Assembly: GCF_001186125.1 (NCBI RefSeq)
Contig: NW_014040409.1
Span: 72,078-127,824 of the forward strand
Reading direction: 5' to 3'
Length of the DNA stretch: 55,747 nucleotides
Source: Sphaeroforma arctica JP610
Taxonomy: Eukaryota
The position numbers and the translations under genes are program-made. Numbering within the stretch: the first letter of the stretch is position 1; each line of letters opens with the position of its first letter. Below, piece by piece: positions 45,207 through 55,747 of the stretch. The notes beneath the pieces were generated by a model. It did no database searches and was not told where the DNA came from. It saw nothing but the letters and a program-made list of their open reading frames with translations.

Positions 45207-48169
45207 CTTTAATATTCAACAGCAGTACCAGGGTACACTAACCTTACATCAATAGCCACTGGCAGAATATATTATTTAGGTCGCACCTCAAAACATCATT
45301 TATTCCAAACTACACGATCGAAACTGAAATTCTTGCAAGACCGTCATCTCTAGCATCACAAATATTAGACCTTACCTGCGATGAGTGACCTATATATACG
45401 CTATTTAAATAGCTGGCAGCTGCGAAAGTATCGCTTCGTATGTCCAGGTTCATATACTTTGCACAGCTGTGGTGAGCTATATCATACACAGTTTATTTCC
45501 CAATAATGAGTGTATCCCACCTTTTTGGCCACTGTGCCAGTTTTGACAAGTCTTCGATCACCAACACTTGTTTTTTCGCTAGTTGAATACCAGCATTTTA
45601 CGAAAAACAATCCAGCTGAAACGTTTCTGCATTAAAACAAATCTTCTCGACCACCCGTTGTCACAGTTCAATGAAAGAAAAAGGAGTAAACTGATTAGAT
45701 GCAGCTATTAGCATGTAACCCCTTTTTACACTGCTATTTACACGAGCTGTACAGAACTGATTAAGGTTGCTATCTTGTACCAAATAAATATATACTCTTA
45801 AATTTTACACGATCAAGCAATCGGTGGACTAAATTACTGGTTATTTCAGAAATGGGCTTTTACAAAGCACAGACATCGCCGTATTTTTTTCTCAGACAAT
45901 CAGCCCTAATGGGAAGGTTATTGTCACGAACCAATCAAAAGCAGGTTGAGTCAATACTGTGGTGTAAATAGAATGTTTCTTGGGCCGTGCTAATTGTGCA
46001 TGTATTTTAGTACAAGTATAGCATTTCACTGATGTTTGACGAATAAATCTAAATTTGAAAGTTGTGATACTTTTGACGACGAATTAGCGGCTTTGTTGTT
46101 CCGCATAGCATATTCACTACTTTAGTCCGTCTATGATGTGCATCGCTTTTGAAATATCTTGTCGTATGCGCCCCCCGGGTCGGTGTATTTTCGATCAAAA
46201 TCGGCGGTTTATCTCCATGTTTGTTTTAGCCAAATATAGTCAAAGGACAAAAATATCCCAAAATCATAATACCACGTACTTTTTCAAGAGTTATTATTGA
46301 CGAAGAGCGTTGGTAGATTTTCTTACTGGCAGTCAGTGCATATCTATTGTGTAAAATTTCGGGTTAGACTGACTAACCTTCGACCAAAATCTATCCCATT
46401 CTAATTTATACAATACAATACTTGTTGAAAGGTCTCCAGCTTCAGTAAATACCTGATTTTTCTGACACACACCACGTGTCTACACTATGTTCAAATTTAT
46501 GCGCACTTCAAACCGGAAGTATTTTTTTATGCTGAGCCAAGCCACTAGAACGTTCCGTAAGGGCTGACTTATTTCAAATAAGGTGAGATGTTGCGGTTGT
46601 TAATTAAGATTCGGCACAACAGACAAGTGCACATCAAAGAGCTTGATAAGTCTTTTACTTTGTCCGATAATCACTGCATTAGTTCCGCATGAGTTTTATC
46701 TCTGTATTCTAGGTAGTTTGTGGCATCCGACAACTTTTATGCACACGAGCAAGGGTTTGTCCTTCAGATCGTCATCGTAGCTCGCTATCTTCGCTTTCTG
46801 CAATGCATAAAGACATCCGACAATACAGCAGTGTAGAACCATTCGACTTAAACTGCGGCATCCCAGCCTCTCGACATCAATATATACTCTATGCATATGG
46901 CCATATAGCTCATCCCTTGTGACCTATTCAAGTACGGTGAATATATACTGGATCAAATTAGTGCCTCGTTACGGTTGACTATATAGTTGAGAAGGCTATA
47001 TTATAGCTGTGGTAACGTTATTCATTCGACAAAATACTTTTTGGCACATGACCCTTCACGACCTCTTAGCGTACTTTTATTTGAACTCGTAATTAAAGCT
47101 GCTGCTGCAGCTGATACCCGCTCTCTTTTCGCTTATGAACCAACAGGGAAGGGGGGAGAGGGATTTGCACTTGCCAATTCGTAGTCTGCGCCCATGCAAA
47201 GCCATGGGAACGCGCAACCGCTATCACAGAACGCTTTCACTAGATTTTCCCCCAGTGGCAAAACAACTTGTCTTGCATTGTGTATCAATTATGCCAGAAG
47301 CAAAGACCATTTAAGGGGCGATTAAAAATTGTGCAAAATATACACTTCAAATCACAATGCACGTCTGCACTATCAATTAAACGAGACTTGATACCTACCC
47401 GACTTCCTATACCGATAAAATACCGCTCGCAATGTAAATATATCTTTACTGCAACCGTACCATATCCTAGCGTAGTAACTACACTAGTAAAATTAAGTGC
47501 CTACTGAATGCAAAAATGAAAAGTTATTTCCACTATTACTGTCGATTGCTATTCCGATCCACTCAAATGAGCGCGAGTGCCAGGGCATATCTAGGTTACA
47601 TGCCGATGAGGCAGGAACGCAGAAAATAAATCGGACTACACTACTGTAAATGGTTACTTGATATCTGAAGACGTCTGTATTGCCTTGATTTCACCTATTA
47701 GAACGCATTACATACCAATATACGACACGTCTCTTGTCTCACATCATATTCGAATGTGCCAGTGCTAGCAGGCTATACCACATAGCAGACAGTCTGCCTT
47801 TGTTGATATGGTTGTCTCGCGTCTCAAGAATTCAACGTATACACTTTAGGAGCTCAGGAGTGATAAACATACACTTATTTGTAAACAGTGAACTCATCAG
47901 CAGCCGCCAATCTACCCATCTGATAAAATCAAATATTTATGTTGGAGGCTAACCCATATTCCTCATGCAGAGGCCGCTTACAGGTATATGGGGGCATTTG
48001 CCATATAATATTGCCTAAAACACGTCCCGTGTGTCCTCCCCATGGCACACTACCACACAGAGAATGCAAATATCAACAGGTAAGCTACATACGAAACTTC
48101 CATCAGCTTCTCCCTACTTCTTCATCAGTTCGGGGGACCATAAACTGAATGTGTTTTGGTTCATTCTCG

Positions 48170-48950
48170 CCGTCATAGGATTGTGAAAGTGCTTTGTTGC
48201 TGAATATAGTTTCGCATGTAGTTTGCATGTCCCGCTGCTCTGTGCATGTTTAGTTTTGTTCTGGTTAGTGGCCAACCCATCCTACGTTTTTCCCAGGATG
48301 ATTTTTTAGTCCTTGAGTCGAAACTGTTACACCCAGTTTGTTGAATGTCTTGATTGCGAAAGCACATTTCAAGTGGTTCAAACGGCATTTTGCTCGGTTA
48401 AGTCTTTTGACAACCTCACGCACCCGTAAGACTTGGTATGAATGTGTCATACACATACACTTGTACTCCGTTGATGTATATGAGCAAAATTGTCATGACT
48501 CCTTAAAATTTTGTTGTCAGTGCATGTAAGCCAAAGGTTCTAATTTAATCGAGTATTTGAGCCCCTCTCCACGACAATATGAAGAAGTGTATGCTCTTTG
48601 CATTTACTAGGAAGTGGGGAAAGCCTCTCTTTGAATCTAGTTTGGAAATAAATTGGGTTTCTTCTAGGTTGTGGAGTAATCCTTCTATTTTTGGTAATAC
48701 GAACCTATCTTGTTCATGTTGATAGTTGATCTCTCTTCAGTCTAGACATACATGCACTTTCTACAGTAAACCTGTTTGGTCGTATTCGCTTGTAGAGAGG
48801 TATAGCGCGAAGTTCTTTTATGTGGGTGTTGTTCGTTTATTTATGTGTCCATCTTTAATCCACTTTTGTACATTCTCATCGGTTTAATGTTTATTTTTGT
48901 ATGGCATCTGTTTGATGTTGATTTCATTACTTGGTACCTTCACCGTACTC
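48170..48950 (-). mobile_element. Degenerate Ty3/gypsy LTR-retrotransposon RT fragment
   Basis: The minus strand reads VCLD*REINYQHEQDRFVLPKIEGLLHNLEETQFISKLD...PFGL...VQVYVYD...VVKRLNRAKCRLNHLKCAF...LGVTVSTQGL, with stops and frameshifts. Confidence 0.75.
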
Positions 48951-48989
48951 GCTGAAAAAATACATTGTGAGACCCCAACAAGAAAGCCT

Positions 48990-51900
48990 GGACGACTCTA
49001 ACCGCAGAAGAGAAGAAGCCGGGACGAGTTCCGACCACATATATTAATAGATATCGAGCAAATTCATTAACATCTAATCACACCTAAGAAAGACTAAAGT
49101 GTCACATCTACATGGGAAAGAATCTTGGTTCGTTCTCACAATACCAAAAAAAAGAAAATTTAGCAACAAGTAGATACCTATGATTAAGAGACATTGCAGG
49201 AACAGACACACAGTAAAACACAATTGTCAAATGGGAAAGAACCCAGAAACAATAGTTTAGATATTGATACACATACAGGAAGTGAATAGTAACTGTCATA
49301 AGCAACACTCAAATCATATTCACATTGAAAGGGGTGCCTACACACAAAGCATACACACTCATGCGAAGTGATTCAAGAAGTGATATATTAATGGCTATAG
49401 AGCAGAAGAATGACCTGCAACATAAATTGATAGAAATTACACAGTAAATATTAAATACAAATGAAGTATATTAGCTCAGATTATCAGTCATCACATGCTT
49501 AGTACGTAAACGATTAAGAAGAGAGCACTTTACCGTAAATCAAGAAAAGTCAAACAACCCACAAACAATCACAATGCACACAGCATCAGATAGTGATTGA
49601 GAGAAGTTGAGAAGGCTTTGAATGAGACACACTAAAGATTAGACTGGAGAACAAATAATCATACCAAGTGCACAAAATAAAGATGAGAAACAATCAGTTA
49701 TAATTAAAGGCACATAGACAACAAGTCCTACATCAATGGTCCTGTGCATGTACACAGAACAAATTTCATAAAATAAGTCCGATGAGACAGAACAAGTACG
49801 CTACCAGAGTATCACTAATAAGATATAATAATACAACAACACAAAATAGGAACAGGGTATTGCGCAAGAGCACAAGACATGTCTCACAATAACAAGACAA
49901 TTGCATCCAAACATAATAAGATCCACACGTGGCTCGGGTGAATGTGCGTGTAAACTATTAGAAGGAATAGTTCCGACAATATACACAACTACTAAAACAC
50001 AAGAGAGGTTTGGCACGCAAGAAATACTTGGTAAATGCGAACAAAAGTAAACAATGAATGTACCGCGCAACTAGTACAAGTACAAAGAATAGGTTTGCAA
50101 TAGAGGATGAGTACAGTTCGGTACGGGATCGAACATCCTACGAGTCCGGTACAGGAGCGAACATCATATACGACCGAACATCACAGGTGACATCAATATC
50201 ACAATAGTTCGGTACAGGACCGAACATTCATTGCGTCATCACCCGTGTCAATCAAGGCTGCGATCTCATGAGAAAATACATCCACCTAAGGCCACGTATG
50301 ACAAAAGAAGATCATTATTATACATAATGAACAAGTCTAGCTATGTTCACGCGTGACGAATTAAGCTTACAAACAAACAACGAAAGCATATCCCCAATTA
50401 CAGGAGATAACGCCACAAGCTGCCGATCAATACGAATAGGTAAACACTTTCCACGGAAGTGCAACAAAGCGTGCTAACAAAAGTAAGTAAGATAAATCAA
50501 ATTTTAATTTCTTTTTACACAAGTTACCAGCAAAGACAAGGGGGATGAAGTGTTTATTCGGAAGAAATACAACACAAGTCATTACTATTAACTTGCAATA
50601 CATACACCAACACAGACAACTCAAGATGCCAACAGCAACCTTGGCAGACGTGCATGGTGGAGATGGGGATGATACCAACATGCAGCTCATGAATAACAGC
50701 TTAGTGGGGAAACTAACCCCAGGTAGTAGCTTGAATCTATATACACATAATGAGGTAAGAATTCAGGCGTCAACAATGCGTTTAGAAATAAACAAGAGCA
50801 TTCGTCATGGCAATCTCGTCCTGGTCAATAGATTCATCTCCGAGCTAGATCAGAACCTGTAGCTATCGCAAGCCACACAAGATGAGAGTAGGCATTCATG
50901 ATCAGTAACCTGAATGTCGCATGCTCCGGGTAGACACAGACCTCAAAAAGAGATACGATCAAGCCATTAAAGCGTGTGATGACGACTAGAAGGATGAAAT
51001 AATCCTAATTAGCCAATACATTGAGCTAGAGATCATGCGTTCACACTTAGGTGATAAGATAAATAAACCAGCGCTATTTAAATTACAAAAGACCGCTGAA
51101 TTTCCGAAGTTATCGAGAGAAAGCTGTTACAAAATGGAAAATTGTGAAGACATTGTAGAGCTTACTACGCAATGCAAAGTGTTTTTAGCTAAGTCAATGT
51201 CATTATGTCAGTATCCAGCACTAGTAAGATGTCTATTAAATTTTACTGATGCAACTTAGAAGACCAAGGGGGTCCTCGATGAGTCACATGGTTCAGAGAC
51301 GCAGAACACAAAGCACTACACTGATCCAGAACAAACAAATAGAATCATTATTGATAGACTCAGATATCACCCTGTAGACTATCTGTCAGAGAAGTTTCTC
51401 AATGACATGGAGAACAAGGCATTGAGCATGGAAGTACGCACAGAGCGTATGTATAGAACAATGCAAGTGCTAGAGGATCGATAAAGAAGCACAGACAAAG
51501 AGCCAATATAAGTACAACTCCTCAAGCATGTACTATGGACAGCAGGGCAAGGTAGACGCAATTAAAGCAACCAAACTGCCTGATGGAAGTGACGGTCACC
51601 TATCAGGTATGAGATGTGAAACAGAGTGTGTTTTACTCTCTTACAAAAGTATCCATACGAGCAGCAGCGAAGGTACATACAGACCGGTTGCTCAGAGAGT
51701 GTAAGAGATACCACTCGAATGCATATCAAGCAACGAACACGGCGGCACATAGCCAAACACTGAGTACTGTACCCCCAATCGACAAGCATCCCAAACCAGA
51801 CAGTAGTATACCCAGACAGCTCAATGTAATGGGACAACCCGAAGAGAAAATGGAGCGCGCGGGGCACGTGCTCGTCCCTATTGCAAGGTGTCACCAGCCC

Positions 51901-52100
51901 CATATCGCTTTAGGCAATGTCCAATGAAGTTTGCAAATCAGACTAAGAAATCTGACGAGAGGGCCAAGAGTGACGTGCACTTGGCACTACTCTCATCTCC
52001 ATCACCACAGGAGAAGTGGAAGAGCTAACCGATAACGACGAATCCTAAAACAACTGGTGGGCGAAGGTAAACATGATTGCATGATTGACTTGGCTTACAG
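48990..52100 (+). mobile_element. Highly decayed retroelement-like sequence (possible integrase/gag remnants)
   Basis: A-rich plus strand with broken reading frames and no convincing spliced gene. It sits between recognisable RT relics. No motif is secure. Confidence 0.3.
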
Positions 52101-52101
52101 A

Positions 52102-52960
52102 TTAAAAGTAAATATAGCTAATGGCTAATTCAAAAAAAAATCTAACATCCCCACAATATTCGGCAATTGTGGAGGCTATTAGTGTTTTATGCTTGGCTAC
52201 GTGCACGCCGAGATGATCGAATAGACGTAAGACTTCGTTCAATTCTGTTGCGCCTTCTTTTTCTGATATTGTGTTGTGTACTATCAGAAAATCATCTACA
52301 TAACGTTGAAACCATATAGCAAGCTTCTCTAATAGAAAATCTACAGCGCAGGCCACTCTTTGATACAAGCAAGGTGTGGATGCTAGGCCGAACGGTAATG
52401 TAGCTTTAAAATAGTACAGACCGGCGAACATGTAACCGATCAACAGTACGTGCCAAGACCATATGGGTATAGTACGAAATGCTGACGATATGTCTACAAC
52501 ACTCATTCTCGTACCTATGGGTTGCTGTGCGATGTGATATATGGCTCTGGATAGTGTGGGATTACTGAACTTATCTGTAGCTGTGTGTTCGTTCACGAAA
52601 TCTTCTCCGTACGATAGTGTTGTTTGCTGCCGGGTTTGAGGTCAGCCCAATTGGTGAAATTCAGCAAAAGCTTAGTTGGTCAACTTGCTCTTGTGTGTCT
52701 GGACCCAAAGTTCGACCCTTATTGCATTCGGTTTGTATCGCATACTTCACCACCTGTGGTTTGGCATTTGCTGAGGAGTGGGGTGGGTGTATGATAGTAT
52801 CGCAAGGACCACTCTAGTCTATCTGTATGCTTTTAGATAATGTGTCGCACAACCACACCGTTTCCTGGTGCTCATACCCTTCCGTTTTCAAACAGTGCCT
52901 TAGATTATCGATGTTGATTGGTGTGAGTGCCACTGCATCGATACCTAGTATTTATGCACC
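52102..52960 (-). pseudogene. Reverse transcriptase of the DIRS/Ngaro-type element, disrupted
   Basis: ORF 52102-52596 has VDISSAF, LPFGLASTP and RYVDDFL. The upstream part has in-frame stops and frameshifts. Confidence 0.8.
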
Positions 52961-53101
52961 TCACTTCCATCGCTTTGTGTCATACGTTGTAGTCTGTTGT
53001 CTGTGTTGATCGTCTTTCGGCGTAGACTACAGGTTTTATTATCTGTGCTGCTTGATCGTGATAGGACTCGTACTAGGTGGGATGTCATTAGCTGTGCCAA
53101 G

Positions 53102-54016
53102 TCATTTCCTAGCTGATTGTGTCTTATCTGGTCGCTCGTGCCTATGACCATCTGGGCATGGCTCTTCGCGTTTGTTGTTATTGAATGCGAAACAGATTTC
53201 GCCTTGCTTTTGTCGTTTGCATTCACAAATGCAGAAACTATGTAGTTGGAAATATTCAGCAAAGAGGGGGTCTGATATGCGATCCGTTGGGCTGGCGGTA
53301 TTAATTTGTATAGTTGTCGGATGTATCACACTTAGAACTGTCTTAGAATCATATACTGGAATTGATCTGAGATGACGCTCGTCAATACGTGCTATTCTTG
53401 GTGCTGAATATAATTTACATTGCTCGCACACGGTTATCACCCAGTGGATCATATCTAAAATGGCGGATGGGTCTGATAGAATGTTTTGCGTGTAAATTAG
53501 TGTCGTTGCTACTGTTAACAGAGCCATGTGTTTAATGTCAATATGAGACGTGAATGTCTCCTTCTGTCGCTCTACCCTTACGCCTTGCAGAGTTAATTGA
53601 ATATAATCTGTGCGTGTGGCATCTAGGCCTTCCCGTGCTACAGATTTCGTCTGTGTCAGAGAGAATAACTTACCATCTTCGAGTGCCCTACGATTTGACT
53701 CACTGACGTTCGGGATTACTAACTTCATGCGATATCTTTGGGTGTCCACACGACGTGTCGGTTGCATTCCGTTGACGTTCTCAGCTACCATGATGAGCTC
53801 CTTCTTCAAGCGCGAGCTGTCATCTTCTAGACGTTGCATTTTTTCTTCCATTCGACGGAGTTTCTTATCATTGATCTTATTCTGGTCCGCATTGAGTTCA
53901 GTTGGAACCTTGTTTGTGTTGGTGTTGAATGACGTATTGTGACCGCTCGGCTGATGTTCGTCAGTATTGTATGTATGAAAATAGCTCTGCCAGCCATTTT
54001 GGCTAGGTTGGTGCAT
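53102..54016 (-). CDS. Gag-like ORF1 of the DIRS/Ngaro-type element (304 aa; coiled coil and degenerate C-terminal Cys/His finger)
   Basis: Intronless ORF directly upstream of the RT. Coiled coil KKLRRMEEKMQRLEDDSSRLKKEL; C-terminal CFAFNNNKREEPCPDGHRH. Confidence 0.6.
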   Translation of the reverse strand: MHQPSQNGWQSYFHTYNTDEHQPSGHNTSFNTNTNKVPTELNADQNKINDKKLRRMEEKMQRLEDDSSRLKKELIMVAENVNGMQPTRRVDTQRYRMKLVIPNVSESNRRALEDGKLFSLTQTKSVAREGLDATRTDYIQLTLQGVRVERQKETFTSHIDIKHMALLTVATTLIYTQNILSDPSAILDMIHWVITVCEQCKLYSAPRIARIDERHLRSIPVYDSKTVLSVIHPTTIQINTASPTDRISDPLFAEYFQLHSFCICECKRQKQGEICFAFNNNKREEPCPDGHRHERPDKTQSARK

Positions 54017-54599
54017 TTCTGGTTGATACCAATTCCCCTAGCCGTTGTTGTTCCATGAGCTTGGTCCATATTGGCACCACCACGTATTGTATTCTTGTGC
54101 ATGTCTTTTGTCGTCAGACAGATTCGTATAGTCGTGGTGGTTATTGTAAGTGCTAGAAGCAGGACTGGAATTGATTGATTCGTGAGGTATTTTATGGGGA
54201 CCTAAACCGGTTGGGATATGATCGTCCCATCGTCTATTTGTGATCATATTAAGGGGTTTTTTTTATAATTATCTATTAGCTATTACTAACCCGCACAATG
54301 TTGATAATTGTGAGACTGATCATTTCTTGTCTTCGCGCACTACATATATATTATTTGTCGTGTCTCGGCTTTCCTTCTCCGGTTCGTCTCCAAGGAGATG
54401 TCTGAGGTATCGATCCTTACTATATATGTAGCCTCACTCTGATATTTGTGGGGCAGCCTGTAGTTCCGCCAATAAACGTACGCTAATATTACAATATATT
54501 CGAGAGCCGGACAATGGCTCAATCACACGGCATTCCATCCTCCTGTTTAACTATCTAAAACTCCACTTTTCTTCTACAAATGTGGATATAGATGAAGAA

Positions 54600-55705
54600 C
54601 CGCTGTTAATAAAAGCAAAAAATATAAATTACCAACCTTTATCCTTGCTTCCCTGGCAATACATACAGGGCACTCGTAGACTTAAGCGCACAACGCTCAT
54701 GTATGGACAAAAGTATAGTAATTGAACTATATCTATCAGTCAGAGCGCAACCAGGTTACATGCAATTAGCACAAACAGATGCGAGAATACAAAGAACAGG
54801 GTCAACCAAAGTATGAACCTATCAGACAAGAAAAACATTTCATTGTTTCGAAGTGCTGGACCTATCAGACAAGAAGACACCAATACTTCTAGGGAAGGAC
54901 ATCCTTCCATACATAGGGAATATATATAGCAGGATTAATAAATCCACTTATACGAACAGATACAAAATGGGAGTCACTACTCACTCCACATGAGGAAGAC
55001 CCTGAGCACGAATAAGTAGGGTTCAGCAAGTCTCTTGCAGACCTCTTAGAAACCCCTACAAATATACCTCCCAGACGTACATTGCAACCTGTCAAGCTCC
55101 AAAGTCACTGTGCCTGCTAATAAAATCAATGTCAAACAAATGAGGCATGCCAAAGTAAGCTTCGTTCCACATAAGTACATTCCACAAACAAATGGAGATG
55201 TGAACTGGTGGTTTACATTCACAACGACGACGGTGTGTGAACTTACCATTGTTAAATACTAGGGAACATGACCAAACAGGCCTCCTCGAGAAAGTATGGT
55301 AAACTTACCGTTGTTATCTACAGGGGAATATGACCAAGCAGGCTTCCTCAAGAAAGTAAGAACATGTTTAGACTTACGCGAGATTAATTACCAATACAAG
55401 CAAGACAAAATTGTGCCATTCGGTCTGCACTCACTAACACAATTTCAGAAGGACATGGCAAACTTGCTCATAGACATTAAAAGAGTGCAAGTGTATGTGG
55501 ATGACATAGTCAATGCAAGTCTCACAGAAGAAGAACATAGCAAAACAGTACTTGAAGTAATCAAACGATTGAACGGAGCAAAGTGGTCAACATTCTAGGG
55601 GTGAAAGTCACCACACAAGGACTCAAAGCTGATCTAGAAAAAAAGGAAAAAAAGGATGAACTGGCCACTACCCAGAAGAATAAAAGATCTGCACAGAGCG
55701 GTGGG
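54600..55705 (+). mobile_element. Degenerate Ty3/gypsy pol fragment (aspartic protease + RT)
   Basis: ALVDLSAQRSCMDKSIV at 54670 is a degenerate D-S/T-G protease motif. RT: KVRTCLDLREIN...VPFGL...FQKDM...VYVDDIV...EEHSKTVLEVIKRL (55296-55598), with an internal deletion. Confidence 0.8.
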
Positions 55706-55706
55706 A

Positions 55707-55747
55707 CTATATATATAAATATATGTATATTTATGTATATATATATA
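55707..55747. repeat. Terminal (TA)n microsatellite
   Basis: Directly visible. Confidence 0.9.

Larger units (their letters stand above)
52102..54250 (-). mobile_element. DIRS/Ngaro-type (tyrosine-recombinase class) retrotransposon remnant: gag-like ORF1 + RT, 3'-truncated
   Basis: ORF1 is followed by an RT N-terminal region HSSA...IQTECNKGRTLGP...C*ISPIGL and an RT core DISSAFRTIPI / LPFGLASTP / YVDD, an arrangement typical of DIRS/Ngaro. No RNase H or recombinase seen. Confidence 0.72.

Noticed and set aside
50400..52100. Tyrosine recombinase or RNase H of the DIRS/Ngaro element; also a possible gag zinc knuckle near 51880
   Set aside because: No R...HxxR...Y motif or RNase H seen on either strand. 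The knuckle needs two assumed frameshifts.

Overview
Intron-rich eukaryotic genomic scaffold, bounded by (TA)n satellites and containing two 20-N gaps. The gene set and intron style suggest an opisthokont protist such as a unicellular holozoan (inference only). I assembled exons by eye from GT-AG signals and reading phase. Left to right: a probable first exon of a FAM192A/NIP30-like gene (-); a ~601-bp tandem duplication hiding a phase-consistent three-exon module; a 3-exon DUF4112 membrane protein (+); a 10-exon ALDH1/2-type aldehyde dehydrogenase (-) head-to-head with 5-exon NSA2 (+); an 11-exon gene fusing an N-terminal DEP domain to a bacterial-type MerA-like flavoprotein disulfide reductase (+); a 13-exon flotillin (-) head-to-head with a full-length BLM/Sgs1-like RecQ helicase (+); and a tandem RecQ paralog lacking the acidic N-terminus and HRDC domain (+). 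The last ~7.5 kb holds decayed Ty3/gypsy pol fragments and a DIRS/Ngaro-type retroelement (gag-like ORF1 plus RT). The most unusual item is the DEP-flavoreductase fusion. Most listed ORFs are microsatellite or intron noise.
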